From: Phoronis australis
Taxonomy: Eukaryota; Animalia; Phoronida
Length of the DNA: 64,000 nt
Assembly: GCA_002633005.1 (NCBI GenBank)
Contig: NMRA01000484.1
Span: 186,001 to 250,000, forward strand
Direction of reading: 5' to 3'
Shown: piece by piece, positions 53,063 through 64,000 of the stretch
Layout: each line of letters begins with the position of its first letter
How positions within the stretch are numbered: the stretch's first letter is position 1
Position numbers and translations under genes: made by a program
Notes under the pieces: model-generated
Database searches by the model: none
What the model saw: only the letters and a program-made list of their open reading frames with translations
What the model was told of the DNA's origin: nothing

Positions 53063-53715
53063 AGAGTCATTAAAAGTTACACTGCTCTTCTTAGAGTAAA
53101 CCAAATTACTTACCGGTGTTTGAAAAATTGACATTCTACCGCTCATCTGCTGCTAAAATTGAAGTGCGCTCTTGTGAGTCAGCTTTTGGCAATTCCGTCA
53201 CCTGACCTGAACAGTTTCTTTTTCCCCCCGTTTATTCTTCTATCAACTGTTCTTCGCTGCCACGAGGCTGCATACATGTCACAACAAATTGTAGGAACTG
53301 GATTCATTTCGTTGCAAGTCTGTAGTATTTTTTAAGGCCAGCAAACCAAAATTTAGAACAAACTTTGCTGCTACGAAGCTGTCATCATGTCACAAGAGAT
53401 GTTGCAAAGTTATAGGACGGCGCGTGCACGTGTCACGAGCGTACTGTTTTCAAAACAACGACAAACTCAAAAGGCAGAGAATTATGCTAGAAAATGACAT
53501 TTATTACATTGTTTTTTCACTTAAAACGGCTAACAATGAGCGAGGTGTCAGAATTGCCTCCCAGATTTTGAGTGCACCTCATCAATGTTTCACAAGGAAG
53601 TGACTATCAGAACTCATACCCGCCCTGTATGAAATTTCGTGGTCTAGTGGAGCTCAATTCACAATGTTACCTAGTTTTTTTTGGCGATAGTCTTCAAAGA
53701 GCTTACTGGCTGGTT
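53063..53715 (+). mobile_element. Dispersed ~650-bp non-autonomous element, copy 1
   Basis: Colinear with 58633-59288 (e.g. atcaactgttctt...ccacgagg(c/t)tgc(a/g)tacatgtcacaacaaatt; gtactgttttcaaaac). Only weak terminal inverted similarity. Confidence 0.8.
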
Positions 53716-56161
53716 ACAATTAAGATCTGCAGTGCACACTTCGACGTTTCCTGTTCCTGTTCCAGCCCGGCTAATAAGGAATCTGGACCAAATCACAATA
53801 TTCTGATTTGGGTGGTTCCCGTAGGCCTAACGGAATTCTGATACTGGCAGCCCCTATCAGAATATATTTTTTATTGAATTTAAAACATTAAACTGATTAC
53901 AAATCCTTATAATTCGGTATGTTTTCATGCAATCCAGACTTTATTTCATAGTTTTCATTTTTTACAGATACTCACAACATTGGCGGCAACTACGGGTTGC
54001 AGGATTTCAAGGCGAATTATTTTGAAAATTAAGCTTCTAATATAAAATTTTCAATGAATTTGAATACAATTGCTTTGGACGAAAAAATTCAGCTAATATG
54101 TGTTGTAACGCTTCCTCATATTTTGTACTAAATTAAACGGCCTATTGTCGCCGATTCCAATACGGGAGACACACTCAACAGCGCCGCGTATCGGAATCGC
54201 ACAGTGTTTACGCCTTCGGCTTCAAGAAGACGGGAATGCAAAGTTCCTAACAACAAAGTTTTTGTATCAAGCAAATTACACTTTATAATAAACATTTTGA
54301 AATTGCCTGACAACAATTTAGGACGGAGCGTTTTGTTTTTCCGGCTGTTTCGGCAAACCCAGTCACCGTCCCAAGGTTTCCTACACGAGACCAAATTAGA
54401 ATGTGTGCTAAATAATTGAATAAAAATTCTGAAGGTAATGATATTGATCAATTTTAATATTAACTGACAAGAAATGAAAATTAATGTGCTTCCTTGAATT
54501 TCCAAGTATTTTGCTCAAAATTAAACGGCCAGCCATTGCTGATTACAAGACGATGGAGACACAGTGAAAGCCAAATTCGTTGTAACAATGATGTCATAGA
54601 CTTCGATTGGTGCAAGCGCCATCTCAAGTTTTTTTTGGCGCTAAAAGGGATTCGTGATGGGGCTGTTGTATTCTAAAAGGCCTACTTCATTAATGACTGG
54701 GGTATGCTATGACTCCGTATGTTGATGTTTTTCATCAATACAAATATTTTAGATACACAATAGTCATTTTGGCACCATAATAGGCTTTTAAGTAAACCTG
54801 CTCTATGCTTTCAGAAAATGCGTACTTTTAAACAGTTGATTTCTATAGTTTTTGGACATTTGGCAAATTGGACAGACTTGTTGATAAGATTACCGTACAT
54901 AACCTAAAGTCATAACTTTTTTGAAAGTTCTCTTGATTCTCAAGTTACCCAAACACCACATGCCTAAAGACATTATTCACTATTCACTGTACTTAGCTGC
55001 AATACACAAGAACAACACTCACCAGTTCATGACTGCATCAGCACCAAACAACAATAATCATCCTCTGAAATGAAAAACAAACCACATGAGTACAATTCTG
55101 GACGAGTTCCTTTGAAAATTAGCATTACAATAGGCCATAAGTAGTGACAGATCACAAGGGTTAAAATCAAAAAAGATCATCAAATTCACCACAAAGTCTA
55201 AGAGAGTGTGTTCAAAGGGCAGGAACAGCCTATGGCCAATAGGCTCATTCTTGATCAAACTCTCCTCTTCCAGGAGGCAGAAAAATGCATAACTGGCCTA
55301 CTTTTTACAATGTCACCACTTCCGAGATGACTAACAAACAAGAACAAAACATGGCACATCCAGCATTGATATTTGGCCTTTTGTCAATTTCTGTGGGTAA
55401 ATAACTTTCAATGAGAGTGGCGCTGCGCTTTATCAGGACAGTCCTATTGATAACATTCACGGAAAATCTACGAGATTCCCCAAAACACAATAGCACGCTC
55501 TCTGTTTCTTCAAAATTTACCCACAATGCTGCACATCCGTGAGGTTCTAATGCCCCACAGTTGCAAACAGCTGATGGGCTACGCCAACTCTACATTTATT
55601 TAGTACACAATATGGCAGACAAGTGAAATTTTTTTGTCAAATTTCTTAACAAAAATATATAATACGAACATTTCAGTCTTTTGTTATCTTGGTTTGTAGT
55701 GCACAGATGCCATAAAACAGCATTTTGTAAAGCGTTTCTAAAATTGGTAAAAATGACAATTTTGTCAATTATTTTTGTATGAAATAAGTGAAGAACCATG
55801 ATTGTAATCCTCCTTTCACATTAAAATTAGCTTCCCCTCAGTTTTTCCGAAGCAAGTAAAATTTGACAGAACTCTGCATTAAATCAGTTGCCGCAAGGTG
55901 TGATAAAACGCTCTACATTTTCCTACACTCTGCCCGGAAATACGCGAGTGGATATATATTTTGAAAAATAATTTCAATCGAAAAATACATTATTCTACTT
56001 CCACAAAAGAGAGGTGACTTTGGGATGAAGGAATTCATTGGGTACACAGGGATATGCTACTCAACTGTCATAGGGAGCCGTTATTGACCACATAAACTCG
56101 TATTCCATGCCAAAATGAACTTTTGATTTGGATCACTTACTGCTATAAAATTGGTCTCAAC

Positions 56162-56339
56162 TTGTTCCTTAATTAGATAGGTTTGTAAAGAACTAACAGT
56201 TCGGTATCCATAGAGACCATGATCCGTGCACAAAATGATATCCCATGAAAAGTCAATCTGTAGAAGCTGGTCTCCTGCAATACCGAACTGTTATTTCTTT
56301 CGAAGCCTTGAAATTACCTCCATTGTGACTAAGGAACAA
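56162..56339. repeat. Hairpin (foldback) MITE-like element
   Basis: Inner arms aaagaactaacagttcggtatccatagagacca (56187-56219) and tggtctcctgcaataccgaactgttatttcttt (56268-56300). Outer arms ttgttcctta / taaggaacaa. The centre is cccatgaaaagtcaat. Confidence 0.75.
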
Positions 56340-57498
56340 TCTCTCCATTATAGTTAGTAGAAATTTCTTCTAATATTCCAGAAAATTTACCTTCCTGGAT
56401 TATTAGATGAAATTTCTACTGTAATCTCATCATGAAATCCTGATGAAACTGTGTAGTAATGATCTCTAAATTTCATAAGATAAGTGGTTTAAATCAAAAG
56501 TTGTTTTTTGTGATGGAAGATGGGATTCAAACTTCCACTGCAGTGGCAGCAAGCGAAAACCACCACACTAGGTAAATAAGTAGTGCCAAATGTTAAGTGG
56601 TTTCGCTATCCAAGAGTAGTCAGTACACCCCAGGTAGAAAATAATGAGGGAAATGTTTGTTCAATAAGTGGAGATTTTAACTTCTTGATGAAGTCAACTA
56701 ATTTAAGAAACAATCTCCTCCATAAGGAACAATTTCAACAAGCAGTTTCTCATGTCATAAGTGTATCTATGGTACAAAGTCACCAGTTTGAGACAGTAAA
56801 AACTAAAATATTTTGCTCACAATTGGAGTCTGTACTAAATTTTAGAAATAGGTAATATAGGTCGTCCCAAATTCAGGATTAACTATCAGCGACAAACAAT
56901 TATTCTGGTAAATTTTAGACACTATGGTGATGCATGAAACGTAGCATCTGCGGATATCTTTTATGATTTTATAAACTATAATTACAAAACTTTGTCCCAT
57001 GTTTGAGAAATACGATAAATGCCAAAATCCCCCATGTCCCAATTTTCAGAATCAAGAAAATTTTAATTTTGGCTTGAATTTCCTTGTCCCAAATGTTAGA
57101 GACTGTCCAAAGTGAAGAACTTCAGATTCATGCTTGTTTTCAGGCATTTTTAAGGCTTAAAGTATTCAGACAAAATGACCTGGAATTCTTCCTTTCTGTG
57201 CAATGATTGGCCGCTGCCTTGACGTCATTGAAACAAAGGCAGATTCTTAATTATCTTCACAGGTGTTGTTGATGCCATTCATGAAGCAGATGACATTGTT
57301 TTGGTTATTGTTCGAAATAAAGGTTGTTTTTAAAAGTTCTTATTTTCAATTCTTTCTTATGAATAGTATAATAGAAATTAATTAGTTTTTTAATCAAACT
57401 ACATCATTTTTGCAATAATTTAGACCCAAATTGCTGCAATAGTTATCATTTTTATGTTATATTGCAGAAAATTTCAAAGTTGATATAACTTTATATTA

Positions 57499-58561
57499 CC
57501 GTATTTGCCCTAATAAGTACCCATGCCCCTATAAGCGCCCCCTTTGCTAAAATAAGTGCCCAGCCCATGAACGTGTGTATACATGCGAATAATGCCTTAC
57601 CTACAGTTCTAAAATTCTACAGTAACGTCTTCAATTTATCAATGAGATCTGACAGTCCTGAAAAAAACATGCGCGGAATTTGTAGACCATGAGCCTCGCC
57701 GCTGTGTCGGTATTCACCCGTGACTATATACTTCAAACTTCCGCTGTGCCTCCAAATGATTGCAAAACTTTTGCAGATCTTTCGAGACACGTGTCCCACT
57801 ATGGTCAGGTCTTTCAGAACAGACGCAGTGTACTTATCAACAGGATTGTATTGTATCTTTCCAACACAGATCTTCTCCCTCAACAGGAATCCAGATTTCT
57901 TTGTACACGTGAAAACCGCGAATCAAAGACTAATAAAAAATTGACCAGAGTTAAAAGCATGTGGCCAGGAAGCGCGTGCTACATACATGTAGGTCTGCTA
58001 CTGGGGCAAGTGAACTCGGCACACACCTGCAGACAAACTTCAAAACAAACGTCACGTGACAACAACATGTGTGTTCATCGCTTTCATCCATATTTTTCTC
58101 GTGTTGCGGGGTGCGACCTAACGCAGATTTGGACTTAATCTGCAGTTAATCCCGACTCCACAGGAACTTAAAAATCTTAGGGATGCTATTTGGAAAACTT
58201 AACAAGTATTTCAGGTAATTTGTTGAGTCGAAACTGTATTTTTATTCAAGAATTCAAGTTGCCCTATCAAAGATTGCGAGGCAGCAACGCATCAGTCGGC
58301 GAGTTTTTGCCCTAGGCTGGCTTTTCTTCAAAATTCTATGAAAAAGGACCTAATTTAACAACAAAGTTTGATAGCAATGCACTGCAATTTTGTGGAAAGT
58401 CTATCATAGGTTACAGATACGTCGTAGAGAGTAAATTAAATGAATCCTACGTTCTGATTTCACCCATTTTGGAGACCAAGTTTCAACCGCCTTAGGTTAC
58501 AATAAGCCCCCTGAAACGAATTTTTCTAAGCAACCCTGGGCCATTATTAGGGCAAATACGG
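57499..58561 (+). mobile_element. Non-autonomous Tc2/pogo-like DNA transposon, copy C, carrying a HIRAN-domain pseudogene
   Basis: Perfect 18-bp TIRs ccgtatttgccctaataa / ttattagggcaaatacgg, with TA TSD at 57497-57498 and 58562-58563. No transposase sequence. Confidence 0.9.
57617..57929 (-). pseudogene. HIRAN-domain coding remnant (one frameshift) inside the Tc2-like element (copy C)
   Basis: SLIRGFHVYKEIWIPVEGEDLC / VGKIQYNPVDKYTASVLKDLTIVGHVSRKICKSFAIIWRHSGSLKYIVTGEYRHSGEAHGLQIPRMFFSGLSDLIDKLKTLL*. The RGFHVY, NPxD, VGHV and GLxIP motifs and their spacing fit HIRAN. Confidence 0.8.
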
Positions 58562-58632
58562 TACTCATGATATTCTGGAAATTTCCATAAAAATGTATCA
58601 GAATTTAGGCACAAAAAATGTGACACAAAGTT

Positions 58633-59288
58633 AGGGTCATCAAAAACTACACTCTTCCTTGAGTAAACTAAATTATTTACCAGCGTTGGAAAAATTGGCG
58701 TTCTACCGTTAGTGTGCTGTTAAAGTTGTGGAGCTATCTTTTGCGTCAGCTTTCGGCGCCATGAAATGTTGCGTCAACTATTGGCCAGTTTCTTTTTTCC
58801 CCGATTCTTCAATCAACTGTTCTTCTCTTCCACGAGGTTGCGTACATGTCACAACAAATTATCGGAACTGGTTTCATTGCGTTACAATTTTTTAATAATT
58901 ATATATTAATATTGGAGCAAACTGAATTTCAGAACAAATTTTGCTGCTGCAAAATCTCCCAGCATATGTTGCAAAAGCGCATGCACATGCCACGAGTGTA
59001 CTGTTTTCAAAACGACGACAGACTGTTCTTTGTTTCAAAAGGCATATTACACAAGAAAATGATGTTTATTAGATTGTTTTTTCACTAAAATGGCTGTAAC
59101 GGGCAGGGTGAGTGTCGATTGACTCCCAGATTTTGCATGTACCTCCGCCAGTAGTTAGCTCTAGATGTTCATATAGGTTTCATGAGGTGACGAGTAGAAC
59201 TATCTGGCCTGAGTAAAATTTCGGGGTTTGACACAGCTCAACAACCTAGCTGTATTTTTACGATGTCTTCATAAAGCTAGCTGGTTGG
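58633..59288 (+). mobile_element. Dispersed ~650-bp non-autonomous element, copy 2
   Basis: Colinear with 53063-53715. Confidence 0.8.
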
Positions 59289-59980
59289 CTAAAGTCCGTA
59301 CTGCCCAAACTCACACCAGTGTAAATTGTTGATATGGGCTGGTTGCACCGGCATATATTTGTCTGACCATGACGACGACTGGGTATTACTCTGTGTTGTT
59401 TTGGGCTCAAACAGGTACCGTATCCCTAGCGACCCCACATTTCACACCAAAATTTCTTATTCCGACAATGAAGAACGCCACTTGACTGCACGCTAAAATA
59501 GGACGCCCCACCAATTACATCACGAGATGCAGCACTCCAAGCAGGTGACTATGGAACTATTTGAACCAATTTTTTTTCGAATTTCATTAAAAAATATATA
59601 TGATTATTTTTTGCTGATGAATTATCACTGAAAACAATGCAAAATTTATTCAAAATAAAATTTGGTTCCCTTTTAATCTCTCGCAATGAAAGAATGAAAG
59701 GAAATTAACAGGAAAGTTAGTACGCAGATTAAGTCATTCTCGCAGAATTTCGCCCCCAAAATAGTCATTACCAGTAATTCTTGCTGCTACAGAATTAGAC
59801 ATCGTGATGGAGAAAGGGTATTTTGCCCAACTATTTTTGTATTCTAGTGTACTCCTTTGGGTATTTAGTTACGCACAATTAAAATAACACTGACCAAGTC
59901 ATAAAACTGCCACGATCCATCAATCTAATGCAGATCTATTCGAATTTCAAAGCCCAGGTATGCAAAAATTCCCAAAATAA

Positions 59981-60031
59981 CAGACAAGGTACGATTCTCA
60001 TTTCTTTAAAATGAGAATCGTACCTTGTCTG
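59981..60031. repeat. Perfect 23-bp-arm palindrome with 5-nt loop
   Basis: cagacaaggtacgattctcattt-cttta-aaatgagaatcgtaccttgtctg. Confidence 0.97.
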
Positions 60032-62112
60032 AGAATCGACTCTATAACTTAACCTTTAGGACAGGTCTCCGATTTCACACTAGATCAGCAGGGGTGCCGA
60101 GTACTTCAGGTTAATTATGCATTAAATATAACCAAAAAGTACTGAGGTCATAAAAGCCTCAGTTTGACACGCTAGAAATATGGCACATAATTTTTAAAGA
60201 GACATCATCAGTTTTCACAATGGAAAAATGCATATTTGGGATTACTTCTAAATGGAATAAACTTCTTGAGGTAATTAACGTTGAGCAGAGCTATGAAATA
60301 ACATAATCTGTTGTTTTTGTTATTTCATTACATATCCCAAATTTTCGCCGTTGTCAGCCAGGTATTAGCTAAAATCACAGTTGGTGTCTTTACCATTTAA
60401 ATATGCTTCAAATACTCTGGCATTTGATAAGTGGGATTTAGCTCACGGCAGACCGTTAGGGTATAACGGTATAACTGGACAGGTATCGGATACAATTCCA
60501 CACTGAGTCATAAAAAGCACTTCAAATTCAACACCCTGGATGCATTGTGTACTTACTACAAAACTAATAGACAAAAATGCAGCTAGTTTAAACCACAGTT
60601 TCAATGAACCAAAGTCATAATGTTGCCCAAGAGCAAGAAGGTTGAGTTTATCAAGAGCGACTGACACACACACACAACCCACTGCCTGCTTGTATGCAGC
60701 ACAGCACATAATAGCCATAGGCACTTAGGCAATTAGATTTCACAAAGCCATGTTTCCAAAAACTACAGACAAACTAGTAGGATATCATTTGAAAATAGCA
60801 ACCAAGAGAATGAGTCATAAGCCTAGGACATATTTTCGTCTGGACTCCTTGATGGTAAGCCACAGATGTTCCTCATTGAGCTGCTAAAATGTTTAAAGAC
60901 AAGAAATAGTTTAACTTTACATCACAGGAGCTTTCAACACGGGAATGAAAAAATGCTGAAGGGAAACAGAAGAATGTAACAGTAAAAATTTGCAGTTTGG
61001 GACAGTGAAAATTTATGGTTGGAGCATGTACCAACTTTTAAAATTCAAAAAATAAGCAATATTGCTCAGTTCTAAATACAAGATTTAGTTTCAAAAACAA
61101 TCATTCACTTAGATAATGTACACTATGGCAACACATGAAAATGTTGCCTTGACAGCTATTTTTGATGATTTTCTGAACTGCCATGACTATTTTGGGGCTC
61201 TATTAATATAAAACAAAGTATCCTATATCTGAGAAACACTTGTAACTCATCTCTTAACCTTCAGAATGAGAAAATTCAAATTCAACTTGAATGTCAATGT
61301 CACAAATTTTAAAGACTGCTCAAACTATAGAATTTTTACCTAACTAAAGCCTCAGAGTGTTTATCAAAGAAGAATGTGGCTGGGCACAATAGACGATTTT
61401 TGAAATACACGCACCATATTGAAATTCAACATGCCATCAGACAGCAATCAAGTCTTCAGTGGACAGGAGGTCAGCGCCATCTACAGATTCCATGTAAAAT
61501 GTGGACAGGTTTCAACCAACTGGTCTAAACAGCATTTTAACAACTCTTTCTATTATCATAACGTTGGCAAATTTCTATCGGTGTGCCATGGGGTGTACTA
61601 ATGGCTTATGGAAAAAGGCAAATCTCTCGAAATATCCATAGATGAAGGACATCATATGTCCCATACATTTCCCACTGCAAAGAAAAAATTCGCAGCTGCA
61701 TAGTCAGTGGCTGCGACGGATTAAGCGCACAAATTTCAATCCCAGCCGATGTCAAAAAACTAAAATAAATTTGTGAAATTGACCTTATCCAACAATGAGC
61801 GAGGTCAACAGTGGGATTTATTCCTCTGTTCATAAATTAAAGAACCCCTATGCAGTTAGTGAATTTCTGTCCACCAAATCTGAATCGCGATCAAACAGAA
61901 GTCGCTTTCTCGCTGGAGAGTGCCAGTACGAAAAGTCCGATACTGACAGTTGTCACTATTGTGATAAGTCTAGTCCAACCTCCAATAGGTGGGGTAAGTT
62001 GTAGACAATCAACTTGGCCCAGAACAAGTGTCCATAACTGCCCAAGAGGACAGAAGCACTGTCAAGATGGCAGCACTGACCAGCTGCACTAACCTCAATA
62101 TACGACAATAGT

Positions 62113-62204
62113 CTGATATAACGTGCCCGTATTTTGAGAACCAGTTTGATGCCCACTATTCAGTGGAGAAAACTTGTTCTCAAAATTCAGGCACGTTATA
62201 TCAG
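62113..62204. repeat. Hairpin (foldback) element, ~35-bp arms
   Basis: ctgatataacgtgcccgtattttgagaaccagttt / aaacttgttctcaaaattcaggcacgttatatcag, 3 mismatches. Same family as 38054-38116. Confidence 0.85.
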
Positions 62205-62646
62205 TTCATTACCAAATGTATGATACAGGTTCTAACTTTCTGTGACACAAGTGCAATACACTCATGTGGGGAGTAAACTTTCCTCTCGTCATTTTCGCCT
62301 CCACACCACATGGAAGTTCAGTTGGCCAGTTGCCCTACAACCAGCCCTAAGTAACTGCCCATCTTTACATAGTTTATATCCAAGCACACATCCTCTCTCG
62401 GGAAATGGCCCTGAACAGACGTCCCAACAGAGTTCTATTATTTCGGACAAAATATATTGCCAAAACTGGTAATTTTTCATTTATAGAAAACCTGGGCATG
62501 GGTCAACGCTTCAAATTTCTGGATTAGTTGAGAGATCAAGCGCACCACATTAGTGTGTGCTGTCATATTTCAATTTTTTCAGAACCCGCATCTTTTAACG
62601 ATGATTTTGTTTGCTATCTCAGTAAGTAAGGTGACCTATGATTGCT

Positions 62647-62703
62647 ACTGAGCTGACCACTGAGCTGACCACTGAGCTGACCACTGAGCTGACCACTGAG
62701 CTG
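62647..62703. repeat. 12-bp minisatellite (actgagctgacc) x 4.75
   Basis: Four perfect units from 62647 followed by actgagctg. Confidence 0.97.
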
Positions 62704-64000
62704 TTGTTTTAGTCACAAACCAAAGACTTGATCAGCTGTTGTACATACCCACGCCAACTAACGTCCCATGGATGTCACAAGCTATCGTTTAACTTGCGAG
62801 ATCCATGCGACGGCGTAAGCGCGTCACATGGTTATCGCATATCGCTACCACTGTTTTCCTTTGTTGCGTCTTTGTTGGATATAACAATACAGGTCGCAAT
62901 GATATTGTACCCTGGGCGCACATCAGCTGGTTACCGATCAATGCTTACCATTATCTTTATCATAAGAAAGAAACACAAAGTGAACAATGGATACGCCTAT
63001 CACCCATATCTATGCAACCAGCTTGTGACCTAGTTTCCTGTGTCAAAACCTGAATCTAATTCGTTGTATTTCTACACCAAGACAAAGCATGATGGGATTG
63101 CAATTGTAGAAAGTCAGTTGGCGTCGGTGAAGTTTTTTACGTGCCAAAGATGTGGGGTGCGCACCTAAAATCATTCATGACAGCACTTAGTTAATTTTTG
63201 TATTGGCAAAGTCATCGGCAGATGTAGCAGTTGCGGTGAAAATTTAGAAAAATTTTTCAAAATTCATTCAATTCCTACAAGTATCTCATTACAGTCATTC
63301 CCTCAATATGCAGTCTACGGTGTAGTATTCAAATTTCAGAAATTACAAATACTTGAAACTTCCAAGCTCAAAATAGCACCGCTGCCCTACGCTAAGTTCG
63401 CTGACCCTGGCATCGCTTGGCAAAAACTTTGACGTCGGTTTAGCACTTCTAGTGGAGACCTTATATTTATAGCACCACCATAGCGATAATTCTGACAAAA
63501 AATGTATTTTGGAACTCTTAAGGATAATAACTAAAACTGTAGATGCTTCAAAAGTAAATTCACCACTTGCAAATTCACCACTCATTTGGGGCCTCCTCAG
63601 CTCTGAAGCAAAAAGCAGGCCTGGACAGTATTCCTCAGAGGAGAATCATAAACTGTTGACAGACTGATTACAATTCCAAATGGTAACCTCATGCAGTAAA
63701 GTCCATCCAAGTGTTGAAGGTTGTTGCACACATCATGTAGAACATGCCAGCAGAGTTTTAAGTGCCTAGAGGTATTTGAAAAGCTTCTTCATATTAGAAC
63801 ACTAAGTAACTGAATAATAAAATGTAGCTTTGTCAAATTAAAATAAATTGTAAGAAAATTTGTGTGTCATTGGCATAGTTTGCTTTGCGGTCATCAGATA
63901 GTGAAATCCAAAGCATTTTTCATGCTTCCAACAATGTAAAGATTTCCGCAATTATTTTGGTTAAACTAGAAATGTAAATTAAAACATTTACTAATCATTC

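Noticed and set aside
57260-57321. Plus-strand exon (cacag|GTGTTGTTGATGCC...) near a perfect CRE and CCAAT
   Set aside because: Weak donor, no partner exons, and opposite to the inferred transcription direction.
57689-58138. Longest ORF (149 aa, plus strand)
   Set aside because: It is antisense to the HIRAN remnant inside a transposon, has no domain features and is not preserved in copy A.

Overview
This is AT-rich eukaryotic DNA (roughly 35-38% GC by eye), most likely from a heterozygous marine invertebrate. It holds no intact protein-coding gene: the longest ORF is 149 aa and the ORFs are mostly noise. The window looks like large introns or the 5' regulatory landscape of a minus-strand gene, with one good candidate exon at 374-459 and weaker donor sites further right. 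It is packed with degraded non-autonomous DNA transposons: Tc2/pogo-like (CCGTA termini, TA target-site duplication, TSD), hAT-like, Kolobok/T2-like, Harbinger-like and hairpin MITEs. It also contains a tRNA-derived SINE, a Penelope-type minimal hammerhead remnant, a THAP-domain remnant, mini/microsatellites and a probable haplotype-overlap false duplication at the single N (32053). The most notable signal is a Tc2/pogo-like element family with no transposase that carries a decayed stand-alone HIRAN-domain gene as cargo: two full copies, one partial copy and one solo terminus. Second is a ~140-bp-subunit repeat array at 49.2-51.8 kb in which several subunits carry a CTCF-like motif. All alignments and family assignments were made by eye and need computational confirmation.
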